Source: a virus
Strand: one strand, 5' to 3'
DNA: 64,000 nucleotides
IMG/VR virus record: IMGVR_UViG_3300045988_177924
Shown here: positions 52,096 through 61,738 of the stretch, piece after piece
Layout: every line of letters starts with the position of its first letter
Numbering within the stretch: position 1 is the stretch's first letter
Translations under genes and position numbers: made by a program
The notes under the pieces: generated by a model
Told to the model about the DNA's origin: nothing
Seen by the model: only the letters and a program-made list of their open reading frames with translations
Database searches by the model: none

Positions 52096-52770
52096 TTATA
52101 AAATTCCGTTATCTTCAAGAGCTGTCTCGATATCGTCGAAAGTTTCTGCAATCTCACAGTCTTCTGGAATTACATACACGAGTTCGCCGGTGGATAATCT
52201 CTTGATTTCCAACGGTGTATTTGGGAGTTGAACCAGAATGGCGCCGGCCTCATCGCCGTATTCGCAAGATTCAAACAATACATACGTGTCTTTACCTACG
52301 TTGGTGCGATCGATTTCATACCAGGTGAAATAACGCCCTTCAATCTCATAATCAAGATTGGGGTTTTCGGTGATTTCACCATTATCTGAAATTACGACGG
52401 ATTTAAAACCCTCATATACTTTAAGGAAATATTCCGCTAACTGGTCGTAATCTTCATCTTTAGAAATTGATACTGAGAAATCGGCTACATCCCCGTTTGG
52501 GTAATACGGGAAGTTAATGTAGTCAAGATCGGTTCTCATACTATCTGAAGTCCAGACTTTGAGAGCAATATTGATTGCATAATCGGGTTCGTCTTTTGCC
52601 TGAATTACGTCTTCACGCAATTCGTCACCGTATCCAGCGGACCAACCAACGCACACAGCGAGGTGGTCGTCCAAGGTAAAAGTACAACAACCCTCTTGAT
52701 GGTCGATTACCCAATCGACACTTTCTTTAAGCCACTGGCTCAATTGTTTCGTTTGCATTTGTTTGTTCAT
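52096..52770 (-). CDS. hypothetical protein (224 aa)
   Basis: GGAGG SD upstream. Confidence 0.7.
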   Translation of the reverse strand: MNKQMQTKQLSQWLKESVDWVIDHQEGCCTFTLDDHLAVCVGWSAGYGDELREDVIQAKDEPDYAINIALKVWTSDSMRTDLDYINFPYYPNGDVADFSVSISKDEDYDQLAEYFLKVYEGFKSVVISDNGEITENPNLDYEIEGRYFTWYEIDRTNVGKDTYVLFESCEYGDEAGAILVQLPNTPLEIKRLSTGELVYVIPEDCEIAETFDDIETALEDNGIL

Positions 52771-52781
52771 ATATACCTCCT

Positions 52782-52934
52782 TTATTCTTCCACATAAGTA
52801 TCTATAATTTCAACGCCGTCATAAGCGTTTAACATCCACGATACATCCGTGTATCTTTCCGCATAGCGAACATTTAATCCGTCGTTGTCGCCTTCGAAAA
52901 TGAAACCTTCGTAAACCACTTTATATCTTTCCAT
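52782..52934 (-). CDS. hypothetical protein (50 aa, below the ORF-track cutoff)
   Basis: AGGAG lies 6 nt upstream of the ATG. It fills a gap in the co-directional array. Confidence 0.45.
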   Translation of the reverse strand: MERYKVVYEGFIFEGDNDGLNVRYAERYTDVSWMLNAYDGVEIIDTYVEE

Positions 52935-52956
52935 GTTTCACTCCTGCGGCTTACGT

Positions 52957-53274
52957 CTATTCGAGCACTTCAAGTTCGCGCCAATAAACAGTATAATGTT
53001 CTGTATTATACCATCCATCTTCATAAAACGAAAACGATTCGCCTTCTGGCCCGACAAACTCATCACAAACGAATACATCGCCGTATTCGTCTTCTTTGAA
53101 ATTCCCGTCGCTATCAAAGTATTCTGGATAGTCGTTCATTTTCGTCTCTTTGACGCAAATGTCATACAATGCCTTTGCGGCCTCTTGGCGCTCGAATGCC
53201 TTGATTGTTTGATCACTGTCGCCACTACGATCTGCGTAGTCAATGACCACTAAGTAAATACATTTTTTTGCCAT
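52957..53274 (-). CDS. hypothetical acidic protein
   Basis: AGGAG SD upstream. 105 aa. Confidence 0.6.
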   Translation of the reverse strand: MAKKCIYLVVIDYADRSGDSDQTIKAFERQEAAKALYDICVKETKMNDYPEYFDSDGNFKEDEYGDVFVCDEFVGPEGESFSFYEDGWYNTEHYTVYWRELEVLE

Positions 53275-53334
53275 AATTTTGATTCTCCTATTTATTTATT
53301 TTACCCGTAACGTCGATAGCACATCGTGATTGAT

Positions 53335-54279
53335 TTAGAACTTGTATTCTTTGATGGCGTCTTTCCAACAACTGCTGTCGCAACCGTAGCACACTTCAAT
53401 CGAATAATCCCTTCGTGCCCCATCTGGTTTGACGTCGCAGATGAGTTTGATTGGGATTTCGACATCCTTCTCAAGTTGGATACCCCAGCAGCTACCACCG
53501 CCATTCCAACTATCGTAAAGAAGACACTCAACGTCTTTGCTGACGACGATTGAACCGCAGTCTTTGCGATCTTCGGGTTCCCAATGATACCCGTCTTCAT
53601 CTCTCTTGTTGATGATTTCTTGAAGTTCTATCAGCTTACCAAGAGTCATCTTTACAGGGAAGAAAAGGGCTGGCAACGGCACACAGCAGTTGATGAGTTC
53701 GTCGTACACGGTTTCCAAGAAGCCGTGACGTTCAAGGCTGTCCTCGAGTGTGTTCAACGCATGCTGGAGCTGCTCTTTTGAGTAACCTTGAGTTTTTGCC
53801 AACCACACCAACGATGCGCGATCGTCGATTTCTTCTCCCTCACGACCGTTGTAATGCGGATAAATCGCATTCAGCGTGAAGTCGTAGTTTGCATCGCCCG
53901 TGTCGATACGAATGTCGACGTTGACTTCTTGTTCCAAATACTCGTCGGTCGGATATTTGAAATACCACATCGATTCGAGTTCTTCACGAATTTTTTCGTC
54001 GTCCCATGATTGACGGGTAAGAGTTTTCTTGAACTCTGTAATGAGTTCTGCTTCATACTCCCAAGCGGCGTCATCCCACCAATCGTAACATTTTTCCTCG
54101 AGTGTCTCCATCGGATATTTTGAATCCAAAATTTCGCCGATGGTTTTGTCGTCAATGATATCATCATAAGAACGATAAGGTTCGTCGTAGTAGCACTGGG
54201 ACTTTTCGTCCCAAGCCCACGGGCCGTATTTCTCATCGAGAAAAGCTTTGAGCTTCTGTTGTAAAACTGTTTGTTTCAT
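53335..54279 (-). CDS. hypothetical protein (314 aa)
   Basis: ATG 54279 follows AAGGAGG. Confidence 0.7.
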   Translation of the reverse strand: MKQTVLQQKLKAFLDEKYGPWAWDEKSQCYYDEPYRSYDDIIDDKTIGEILDSKYPMETLEEKCYDWWDDAAWEYEAELITEFKKTLTRQSWDDEKIREELESMWYFKYPTDEYLEQEVNVDIRIDTGDANYDFTLNAIYPHYNGREGEEIDDRASLVWLAKTQGYSKEQLQHALNTLEDSLERHGFLETVYDELINCCVPLPALFFPVKMTLGKLIELQEIINKRDEDGYHWEPEDRKDCGSIVVSKDVECLLYDSWNGGGSCWGIQLEKDVEIPIKLICDVKPDGARRDYSIEVCYGCDSSCWKDAIKEYKF

Positions 54280-54289
54280 ATAAACCTCC

Positions 54290-54664
54290 TTAATTTTCTT
54301 CGGGGATACAATATCCGTATCCCCAGTCATCGATTTCGCTTTCGGTCATTTGGATTTCTCCAATGAGCGTTTGATACAATTCTTCCGCACCATCGGAATT
54401 GGCTTCCACGTAGCGCAACAAACGTTTAATGAGCGAGTTCTTTGTAAAAGAATATTTCTCTTCAATTAACGCTTGAAGCGCATCGTCTGCGGTGCTGTAC
54501 GAATACAGCCCTTGACTCCAAGTTCCGTCGGTCCGATTATAACCGAGGCCGACGAAGTAATCTTCACCCCAAAACATATCGCGTTTTATGATAGCGTGTT
54601 CGCGATTGCCGTCGGGAATGATTGTAACAATTTGATAACCTTGTGCTGTTTTTTCAGTAAACAT
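54290..54664 (-). CDS. hypothetical protein
   Basis: GGAGG SD upstream. 124 aa. Confidence 0.65.
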   Translation of the reverse strand: MFTEKTAQGYQIVTIIPDGNREHAIIKRDMFWGEDYFVGLGYNRTDGTWSQGLYSYSTADDALQALIEEKYSFTKNSLIKRLLRYVEANSDGAEELYQTLIGEIQMTESEIDDWGYGYCIPEEN

Positions 54665-54676
54665 ATATATCCTCCT

Positions 54677-54946
54677 TTAATTGTTGTAGGCGTATTCATT
54701 GTCTTTCCATTCTTCAAAGCACGCCGGAGAGCTGCCTTCAAAATAGTCATCACAATGATCAATAATCCAGTCTTGCAGATAACGCAGATAGCGCTCGTGC
54801 ATACTGTCGCTGTCTTCATCAAGAATAACAGCGCTGTCGAGATGGACGTGGATGTCTCCGTCCATCTTTTGCTCCAATGTGTCAATCACTTGACCATCAT
54901 TGATTGTGTCATCGACATCGATGACAGCTAAAATGTTTCTGTACAT
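54677..54946 (-). CDS. hypothetical acidic protein (89 aa)
   Basis: ATG 54946 follows AAGGAGG. Confidence 0.6.
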   Translation of the reverse strand: MYRNILAVIDVDDTINDGQVIDTLEQKMDGDIHVHLDSAVILDEDSDSMHERYLRYLQDWIIDHCDDYFEGSSPACFEEWKDNEYAYNN

Positions 54947-54960
54947 GTTCTGTACCTCCT

Positions 54961-55557
54961 TTAATAACTTAGGACGAGCACGCCGTCGTTCTGTTCGCGG
55001 TCGAACCATACTTGGATGTCGTCTTCAGAGAGATTTTCAATCTTTTCTCTGGTGAAACAATCGTTTTCAATAAAGTGTTCCTTAACATATTTGAGGATTT
55101 TCTCCGTCGGGGCGACCACGTTCTTTGAAGTGACCACGCCTCTCATATGGAGGCTCTTGATATACCAACGGAAGAGATGGTCTTCCGTTTGGATGTTTGC
55201 CCATGTCGCGATGGACTTTTTGATTTTCGCAACGGGGCGAATGTCACCGAGCACGCCACCGCTATAATAACCGTGTTTTGCTCCTGCGGCGATACACGCC
55301 GTAAAACAACGACAAGTTTCTTCGAAGCAAGAAGTATCGCCATCCTCGTATTCAGGGGTTGCGACGTCTTCTGCGATGAATTCATAATCTGAATCATCAG
55401 CTCCGTCGGGAATGCCGTTTGTGAGCCAGAGGTCCATGACACTTTCGTCATTAAGACTACGGACGACAACGTCCATAGCCTTGAGAAGTTCTACTCTTTT
55501 TGCAACGTTTTCGGGTTGCATTACGATTTCGAGCTGTTTTTGAGACAGTTTTTCCAT
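54961..55557 (-). CDS. hypothetical protein
   Basis: GGAGG SD upstream. 198 aa. Confidence 0.7.
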   Translation of the reverse strand: MEKLSQKQLEIVMQPENVAKRVELLKAMDVVVRSLNDESVMDLWLTNGIPDGADDSDYEFIAEDVATPEYEDGDTSCFEETCRCFTACIAAGAKHGYYSGGVLGDIRPVAKIKKSIATWANIQTEDHLFRWYIKSLHMRGVVTSKNVVAPTEKILKYVKEHFIENDCFTREKIENLSEDDIQVWFDREQNDGVLVLSY

Positions 55558-55570
55558 TGTTTTTACCTCC

Positions 55571-55858
55571 TTAGCAATACCAACTTGCTTTTTCGATAAG
55601 ATCCCAAGTGGTTACATCAAGCACTTGTTGAACGGTGTAATTTTCATCGGTGATAAGATCACTCACACATTGAACGAGTGCTATAATCGTCATCTCTTCC
55701 GCTTTAAGATAAGCAGTTCGTATAACCCCACAAAGGGCTTCAAAATCGTCATCAGTGTAGTCAAAATCGAATACGCAGTCGCATTCGTTTGCAATCTCCA
55801 GATCGAGAATGCTGAGGTCGTGGTCGTTTGCTATTTTTAATTGTTCTTTAAATGTCAT
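55571..55858 (-). CDS. hypothetical acidic protein
   Basis: GGAGGG SD upstream. 95 aa. Confidence 0.6.
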   Translation of the reverse strand: MTFKEQLKIANDHDLSILDLEIANECDCVFDFDYTDDDFEALCGVIRTAYLKAEEMTIIALVQCVSDLITDENYTVQQVLDVTTWDLIEKASWYC

Positions 55859-55872
55859 ATATATGACCCTCC

Positions 55873-56088
55873 TTAAAATTGTTCGATATTGTGTGCCGCA
55901 AGAATATCTTGCAGTGCGTCGTTGTAAATTGCATTATACGTATCATCATTAGCGAGTGCATCTTGCAACTCATCATTAATGATTCCGAGTTCGTCGTTAG
56001 ACAAACGACTTGTGTTATACCCTAAACACTCAATGGCGTTTAGGGTATCTTCTTTTTCAACTTTTTTAGCAATTTCGTATTTGTTCAT
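55873..56088 (-). CDS. hypothetical protein
   Basis: GGAGGG SD upstream. 71 aa. Confidence 0.55.
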   Translation of the reverse strand: MNKYEIAKKVEKEDTLNAIECLGYNTSRLSNDELGIINDELQDALANDDTYNAIYNDALQDILAAHNIEQF

Positions 56089-56099
56089 ATGGCCCTCCT

Positions 56100-56423
56100 T
56101 TAACCAATATACTCAAAGTAGATAAATTCATCATCTTCGTTGATCATTTTATAGGAATAAACATTCCCATCGTCATTGTCGTCAGCAAATTGGATATTAA
56201 TGTATGTTCCTTGTTGATAATCATCAAAGATAAATTTGTCAACGGCGATCCCGTCTTTTGTTTCGGTGTAATCTACTTCTTCAAGAACCAGATCGATTTC
56301 GTCGTCAGCCGGAAACACCACGTTATAGTTTTCCGTATATTGACGAAGTTGTTCTACCGACGTGATTTCGATAGGCGCGTTGGTGTGCGCTTCTTTGTAA
56401 TCATTACCATAATAATACTTCAT
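56100..56423 (-). CDS. hypothetical acidic protein
   Basis: GGAGG SD upstream. 107 aa. Confidence 0.6.
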   Translation of the reverse strand: MKYYYGNDYKEAHTNAPIEITSVEQLRQYTENYNVVFPADDEIDLVLEEVDYTETKDGIAVDKFIFDDYQQGTYINIQFADDNDDGNVYSYKMINEDDEFIYFEYIG

Positions 56424-56454
56424 CTGTATTACCTCCTGTACTTATTCTGCTGAT

Positions 56455-56619
56455 TCAGTCATTTTTGTATTCTTCGCAATTTTCTTGTAGACGTTCAATC
56501 GCTTGATCAACGTGTATGTACGTCCACTTTCTTGCGTAATCAGTTAATTCGTCATTATCACCCACAATGAGTTCGTTTCTGATTTCTTCAAGTTGGTCAA
56601 TCATTTCTTGTCGCGTCAT
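56455..56619 (-). CDS. ELTDYAR-domain miniprotein (54 aa, below the ORF-track cutoff)
   Basis: AAGGAG lies 8 nt upstream of the ATG. MTRQEMIDQLEEIRNELIVGDNDELTDYARKWTYIHVDQAIERLQENCEEYK is about 50% identical to the N-terminus of 1428-1943. Confidence 0.55.
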   Translation of the reverse strand: MTRQEMIDQLEEIRNELIVGDNDELTDYARKWTYIHVDQAIERLQENCEEYKND

Positions 56620-56806
56620 TTTTTGTACTCCTTATAATACCGTAGATGTCGTCTACGTAGTAGCAACCCACAAACGGATTGTAAATTGCAGTGCAGCGAA
56701 TACCTTTGTAATCGACGATAACGTCATTACATCCGTTTTCGCTAACGATGGTGACTTCGGCGAATTGACCGCCGAGGGAATGGATTCTTGCTTGAATTGT
56801 TCTCAT
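56597..56806 (-). CDS. hypothetical protein
   Basis: GGAGG SD upstream. 69 aa. 23-nt overlap with the next ORF. Confidence 0.55.
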   Translation of the reverse strand: MRTIQARIHSLGGQFAEVTIVSENGCNDVIVDYKGIRCTAIYNPFVGCYYVDDIYGIIRSTKNDATRND

Positions 56807-56818
56807 GTTGATACCTCC

Positions 56819-57220
56819 TTAAACTTCGAAATTGTTTATAAACGCGTTTGCCGCGCCTTGGTTAGCTATTATTTGTTCTATTTTAGTCTTGAGTGAAGAC
56901 CAGTTTTGAAGAAGCACGTATAGATCGCCTGCATAGCGTTCTTCAAAAATTACGGCAGGACCGAATCCCTTTTCGAGCCCAACGTGGGCTTTTTGATATT
57001 TGTTCCAACCCGAACAAAAATCATAAAGCTCGGGTTTGATAACCAAAACATACATTGGGGTTGGAGTCCCCGTTCTTGGACAGTGGTAAGTCCCTCCAAA
57101 CTCGAGTCGAACATCGCCCGCAAGACGCGGGACGACGTTTTCGACGATGTAACGTTCAATTGCGAGAGCGTTTTGCTTAATTTGTTCTTTTTGTTCTTTT
57201 GTGAATGTGATGTTTTCCAT
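56819..57220 (-). CDS. hypothetical protein
   Basis: GGAGG SD upstream. 133 aa. Confidence 0.65.
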   Translation of the reverse strand: MENITFTKEQKEQIKQNALAIERYIVENVVPRLAGDVRLEFGGTYHCPRTGTPTPMYVLVIKPELYDFCSGWNKYQKAHVGLEKGFGPAVIFEERYAGDLYVLLQNWSSLKTKIEQIIANQGAANAFINNFEV

Positions 57221-57234
57221 TTTTATGCCTCCTT

Positions 57235-57444
57235 TTAGTTCAACACAATCGTGTCGCTTGGTTCGTCTTCGCCCACTTTGTAGATGAAGACTCTTGCTTC
57301 ACCGTCTGACGTCACATCAAGACGGACTTCTGCTTGTCCACCTTCAGTGTTAAGGATAATCGATATCCCTTTGAAATCGCCGTCTGTGAACGCCGTTGCC
57401 ATTGCGAGACCTGCTGCGGTCTCTTGTAAAAGTTGATTTTTCAT
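57235..57444 (-). CDS. hypothetical protein (69 aa)
   Basis: ATG 57444 follows AGGAGG. Confidence 0.55.
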   Translation of the reverse strand: MKNQLLQETAAGLAMATAFTDGDFKGISIILNTEGGQAEVRLDVTSDGEARVFIYKVGEDEPSDTIVLN

Positions 57445-57455
57445 TTTGCTACCTC

Positions 57456-57671
57456 CTAAATTTTGGTATATTCTTGTGCAAGCTCGTTGCACAATTGTTT
57501 AAAAGCCGTTTTGGCTTCCAGGCGAGTGTCATATATTTTGGTTGACACCCTTGGTGCGTTATCACACCAACCGCCTTTCTCACGGTTGATGGTAATGATG
57601 ATGTTGTCTTCAAGGACAATTGTTTGATATAATAGGCAATCGTTGCCATATTTTAGATATCGAGCTATCAT
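57456..57671 (-). CDS. hypothetical protein
   Basis: GGAGG SD upstream. 71 aa. Confidence 0.55.
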   Translation of the reverse strand: MIARYLKYGNDCLLYQTIVLEDNIIITINREKGGWCDNAPRVSTKIYDTRLEAKTAFKQLCNELAQEYTKI

Positions 57672-57682
57672 CCATACCTCCT

Positions 57683-59722
57683 TTATGCCACTTCTGGCAT
57701 TTTAATGAAACTGCTTCCCATCCCGTATTGGGTAGAAGTTGAAGTTAGAATTGCTTCGTTACATTCAATATTGTTTTGACGTAACCACCTTACCACAGTA
57801 GGAATCGCTTCTGTGTCATTACCCAGCCACCTATTCCCAAAACCATGGATTTGCCTGATCCGTAATCCAGCCACCTTGCCATCGGCGACTCCAATTTCTA
57901 CTTCAATTGTGTAGAAAGGTTTATCGGGTTCCGACTTTTTACGCAAGAACATAATAGTTGTAGAACCGATACTGTGCTCATGTGCGTAACCTCCTACACA
58001 ATGATGAAGGGACATACCTTCTTTACATATTTCGTCTTCATCTTTTGGTAGTCTAATGAGATAATTTTCATCGTCGTACTCAAGCTGTCCTCTGAATTCC
58101 AACTTTGGTTTGTTTTCTTTCTGTATCCTTTCCGCTCTTTGGCGAGCTTCTTCAGCATACATTGCTTGTCTCTGTTGTTGTTGTTCATTCAGTAATCGTG
58201 TGTACAAATCGTGCAATCGGTGTAACTCGGAGACGGCAACGACTGGCAGCTCAGGGCGCGGCCAATTTAACGATCTCCATGTTCGAGATGTGTCCAACAA
58301 TAGATCAATATTATGGGTTACTTGGGGATGCTTGATAACTTTGGGTAACATTTGATTTATCCACGCTGTTGTTTCGGGCGTATTATAAACATTCTCTGTT
58401 AGGTCTCGTAAGCGCTCCAAATTGTTGATATATATGTCAGTTGTTTGATTATCTAGCGATGCGGCATTAGGGCCAACAATCTTACGAAATGTTGCGATTT
58501 TTGTGCGATTTGTATAATAAGCGTTTGTATATGTGGCGGATATTAAGCGCCCAAGTTGATATTTGTTTAAACCCAACCATTTATCAACAGTTGTTGCTTT
58601 TTGATTGAGGTCAGACCCAAAAATCTCGGTTTGGTAATGTGGGTCCAGTGTGTTAATTAGTTGGACCCCTTTATATGATTTTGCTAATTGTTCATACATT
58701 GGATTTTTTACCATTATGGCCAACGCTTTTAGCGTGCTAAATTTTGTTTCTTCCGGATTTTCACAATAATAATAATTATCATCACCACGCCAGCTAGTTT
58801 GTTTTATGACCGGTTTCGCAAATAAACCAGCATATTTCTTAAACATCCCATCTTGTAAATCTTCGGGATTGTAAATTGTAACGTCGTTCAGGTTGGAGTA
58901 CGCACAGCTTACATCATAGTTTGGCGCTTTTGCGGCCGCGAAATTTTTGCCATCGTAATAGAACCGCATTGCTTGTCCCCACTTTGCCTTTGATTCTACA
59001 ATGGATATGCCAGGGAAATTCCTAACAATACCCACATTGAGGGTATTATCTGGAAATACTGTAGGTGCTTGGGAGAGCAAGTCATTTCCTTTGGCAATCA
59101 ACGCTGCTTTAGCAGTTTTGGATGTGTTAATCGTAAGTTGTCGCTGATATGTGAGATATTTTGTCACATAATCAATTTTTGTCCACGAAAAATTCGCATA
59201 CTCAATTTTGTCGTCGGGAAACAGCTCGTTGTAAATTTGAGCTCTTCTGTGCATACTTGTATCTCGCAAAATATCTTTGACAATCTCTATTGATGCGTGC
59301 GAGCCGTCGCTCAAAAAGAGTCGACGCGGATATTCCGATAAATCCACAAAATATCTTTCTGTGTTACCCGACCAATATTGAATATATTTATATTTAAACG
59401 TACGAATTTCGCCAGGTTTAGCGCGATTCATTGGGATTTCAACATATGCTAATTCCATCACTTGTTGTTTGCGATGGTATTTAATATACGTCAATAGCGG
59501 GGTCGCGCCTGCGGAATATTGTAAATATAGGGAAGATAAATTCTCCCATTTCAGAAGTGCGTTGCTTTCATCGTATGACAATCTTTTGCCGGTTGACAAA
59601 TCATGATAAATCTGACCTTCTGTTTTTGTAGACCAACGTAAGATGATTTTTGGTGTATATTTGGGATCGGGATTGGGTTCTTTTGCTACAATGTTTTTAA
59701 TGATTTTTTGAATATTTTTCAT
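57683..59722 (-). CDS. large protein with a C-terminal PcfJ-like domain
   Basis: 679 aa. The C-terminus ICKEGMSLHHCVGGYAHEHSIGSTTIMFLRKKSEPDKPFYTIEV...IRQIHGFGNR matches my recollection of the PcfJ-like pattern (EG..M.HCVG.Y......G...I.FLR.....P..TIE......I.Q.RG..N). Confidence 0.65.
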   Translation of the reverse strand: MKNIQKIIKNIVAKEPNPDPKYTPKIILRWSTKTEGQIYHDLSTGKRLSYDESNALLKWENLSSLYLQYSAGATPLLTYIKYHRKQQVMELAYVEIPMNRAKPGEIRTFKYKYIQYWSGNTERYFVDLSEYPRRLFLSDGSHASIEIVKDILRDTSMHRRAQIYNELFPDDKIEYANFSWTKIDYVTKYLTYQRQLTINTSKTAKAALIAKGNDLLSQAPTVFPDNTLNVGIVRNFPGISIVESKAKWGQAMRFYYDGKNFAAAKAPNYDVSCAYSNLNDVTIYNPEDLQDGMFKKYAGLFAKPVIKQTSWRGDDNYYYCENPEETKFSTLKALAIMVKNPMYEQLAKSYKGVQLINTLDPHYQTEIFGSDLNQKATTVDKWLGLNKYQLGRLISATYTNAYYTNRTKIATFRKIVGPNAASLDNQTTDIYINNLERLRDLTENVYNTPETTAWINQMLPKVIKHPQVTHNIDLLLDTSRTWRSLNWPRPELPVVAVSELHRLHDLYTRLLNEQQQQRQAMYAEEARQRAERIQKENKPKLEFRGQLEYDDENYLIRLPKDEDEICKEGMSLHHCVGGYAHEHSIGSTTIMFLRKKSEPDKPFYTIEVEIGVADGKVAGLRIRQIHGFGNRWLGNDTEAIPTVVRWLRQNNIECNEAILTSTSTQYGMGSSFIKMPEVA

Positions 59723-59749
59723 TTTTAATTCTCCTTTTATTTGTGTATT

Positions 59750-60343
59750 TTAAAACAACCAAATGTTTCTATGTTTGTTGATGTGTTTGCGGCAGCTCTC
59801 GTCGCCGGTGAAGAGACATTCCTCTTCATTGAGATAATACCATTTGCCTGTTCCCTCTTCTTGTTCGAAGTCAGGATTGATATTCCCTTCTTTGTACATT
59901 GTCACCGTCGTACGGACGGGTTCGAACGTTTGAGGATTTAACATCCAATACCGTTTTGTATAGGATTTGATTTCTTGTCCAGGGACAAGAGTTTGTAATA
60001 AGGCAAATTTTTCTACCTTGTTGCCTTGATATAATTTGACGAGGTCTTCTTCCTCGTAAACTGACACCGCTTTGGTAGGCAGTTCTTCGATTTCGATCTC
60101 ATAGTCATTTCTGCGCATTGACCACCCTTTGCGCAATGCCAGCCATTTGGCTTCTTCCATTGCTGCAGTAGTGTTCCTGCGCGGCAAGGAGTGGAATTCT
60201 TCCACGACGTTTTGAAACACTGTTTCGGTGATGATGTTTTCGTCCCATTCTTCTTGGTTCATCGGATGGGTTGGGGCAACTGGAACTTGTTTTTCTACAT
60301 TGTAGAACGTAGCTTTGACAGTTGCGATAATGTAATTTTTCAT
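59750..60343 (-). CDS. hypothetical protein (197 aa)
   Basis: AGGAG SD upstream, preceded by leader element A. Confidence 0.7.
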   Translation of the reverse strand: MKNYIIATVKATFYNVEKQVPVAPTHPMNQEEWDENIITETVFQNVVEEFHSLPRRNTTAAMEEAKWLALRKGWSMRRNDYEIEIEELPTKAVSVYEEEDLVKLYQGNKVEKFALLQTLVPGQEIKSYTKRYWMLNPQTFEPVRTTVTMYKEGNINPDFEQEEGTGKWYYLNEEECLFTGDESCRKHINKHRNIWLF

Positions 60344-60490
60344 AATGATTCTCCTTTCTATGCCATTAGTCTTCGATTAGCAAGATTTTTATTTTACGAA
60401 GATGATGCCATTATGAACACCATGAGCGCCACCCTCCTAAGAGGGCAACGGACTTGCACCGTTCACGCTTTCGCGCGGGCCTTGCGGTGA
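60344..60490 (-). ncRNA. structured leader element A (family of three)
   Basis: Starts directly after the TAA of the upstream gene. UCACCGCAAGGCCCG, CGC-GAAA-GCG hairpin, GUGA, AACGG-UGCAAGU-CCGUU, CCCUC-UUAG-GAGGG hairpin, GGCGCUCAUGGUG. No SD-led ORF. Confidence 0.5.
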
Positions 60491-60982
60491 TTAACTCTCG
60501 TAAGATTCGAGAGCGTCCTCCAAATAATCAGTTCTTGCTCTTTCGAGCAAGAGTGATTTGGTAAGGGCATTCTTTTTGCCCTTGGTTGCTTTGAGCTCAT
60601 CTTCGGTGAGCGATGCGACAACTGTCGCTTGCGGCGTGAGTAAGACACCTTTCTTATAATCAATATAAGTTTCGGTGTCGATTTCGCTCTCGGCAGAGGT
60701 TACAATCTCATCAACGTTGTAGCCTTTAGTTAGAAGCATGAAACAAGAGGTCATCATGCTTTTTGCCTTATCGCTGTCGCCGGCGCAAACATCGATGCAA
60801 ATCTGCGCGAAGTGCACAGCAGCTTGCTTGTCGGCCTCGCCGTTGTAGCAGAATTTTTCTTTGCTGCCATCGGGAAACTCGATTGTTTCGATGCCGAGGT
60901 TGATATTCCCATCTGCTTTCATTGCGTCGAGGGCGTTGATGATGTTGGGGGTTGATACAGTTTGATTGATTTTAATTGACAT
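60491..60982 (-). CDS. hypothetical protein
   Basis: AGGAGG SD upstream. 163 aa. Confidence 0.7.
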   Translation of the reverse strand: MSIKINQTVSTPNIINALDAMKADGNINLGIETIEFPDGSKEKFCYNGEADKQAAVHFAQICIDVCAGDSDKAKSMMTSCFMLLTKGYNVDEIVTSAESEIDTETYIDYKKGVLLTPQATVVASLTEDELKATKGKKNALTKSLLLERARTDYLEDALESYES

Positions 60983-61015
60983 ATATATGTCCTCCTATAT
61001 AATAATATTTTTTAA

Positions 61016-61411
61016 TTAAATGTTTACCACTCTTTCGCAAGCGGTTTTGATTCCGATAGGCATTGACCTATCATAGAATCGATCAGTGTGATCAGCCATT
61101 CGGGTGATCAACGTATAAATTTGATCAAGTTTATTGCAGAAAGGACTACAATAAACTTCAGTCCAGTTATAGGTTCCTCCTGAGAGTTTGCTTCCCGCCG
61201 GCAGCCCACTCGGGGTTTTCTTGGCTATGATGCAAAGATACATATAGCCTTCGGGGGAAAATTGAGCTAAGGAGATTTTCACCTTTTGTTGCTTAAAAGT
61301 CAATAAGACCTGTGAGTTTTCCACACCACTTAACGGGTGTTGTTTGACGACGACTTTGATGTTGTCGTCTTTGTGTTGGTTGATATAGTTTGTTAGGTCG
61401 TGGATAAGCAT
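61016..61411 (-). CDS. hypothetical protein
   Basis: GGAGG SD upstream. 131 aa. Confidence 0.65.
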   Translation of the reverse strand: MLIHDLTNYINQHKDDNIKVVVKQHPLSGVENSQVLLTFKQQKVKISLAQFSPEGYMYLCIIAKKTPSGLPAGSKLSGGTYNWTEVYCSPFCNKLDQIYTLITRMADHTDRFYDRSMPIGIKTACERVVNI

Positions 61412-61426
61412 ATCGCTTCACCTCCT

Positions 61427-61555
61427 TTATGTATTGGCTTGCGAGCAGGTTCCCCACTCGCAAGAGCGAGTTGTGCAGTCTTTGCACGGATCGTCTTCTA
61501 TAGTTGCTTCATATTCCTTGAGGTATTCCTCGATGGTGATTTGTTGGTATGGCAT
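61427..61555 (-). CDS. hypothetical Cys-containing miniprotein (42 aa)
   Basis: GGAGG lies 7 nt upstream of the ATG. Sequence MPYQQITIEEYLKEYEATIEDDPCKDCTTRSCEWGTCSQANT. Its stop is followed by the SD of the next gene. Confidence 0.45.
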   Translation of the reverse strand: MPYQQITIEEYLKEYEATIEDDPCKDCTTRSCEWGTCSQANT

Positions 61556-61567
61556 AATAACCTCCAA

Positions 61568-61729
61568 TTAAAAAGTTTTTGTTTTTATATTTAATACCTC
61601 TTCTAAGGTATATAAATATCTTTCGTGGGTAAAAACTACAACGTTAAAGAGTTTCGCCACCGCATAAGCGCGGTGGCGATTGGTGTAGTCTTTTTGCTTA
61701 TTATTGATAAAAAGAGTATAAATTATCAT
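61568..61729 (-). CDS. possible miniprotein (53 aa)
   Basis: ATG follows AAGGAGGG with a short 3-4 nt spacing. The ORF exactly fills the gap, and its TAA overlaps the next SD. The ORF contains a strong hairpin (CGCCACCGC..GCGGTGGCG). Confidence 0.35.
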   Translation of the reverse strand: MIIYTLFINNKQKDYTNRHRAYAVAKLFNVVVFTHERYLYTLEEVLNIKTKTF

Positions 61730-61738
61730 AAACCCTCC

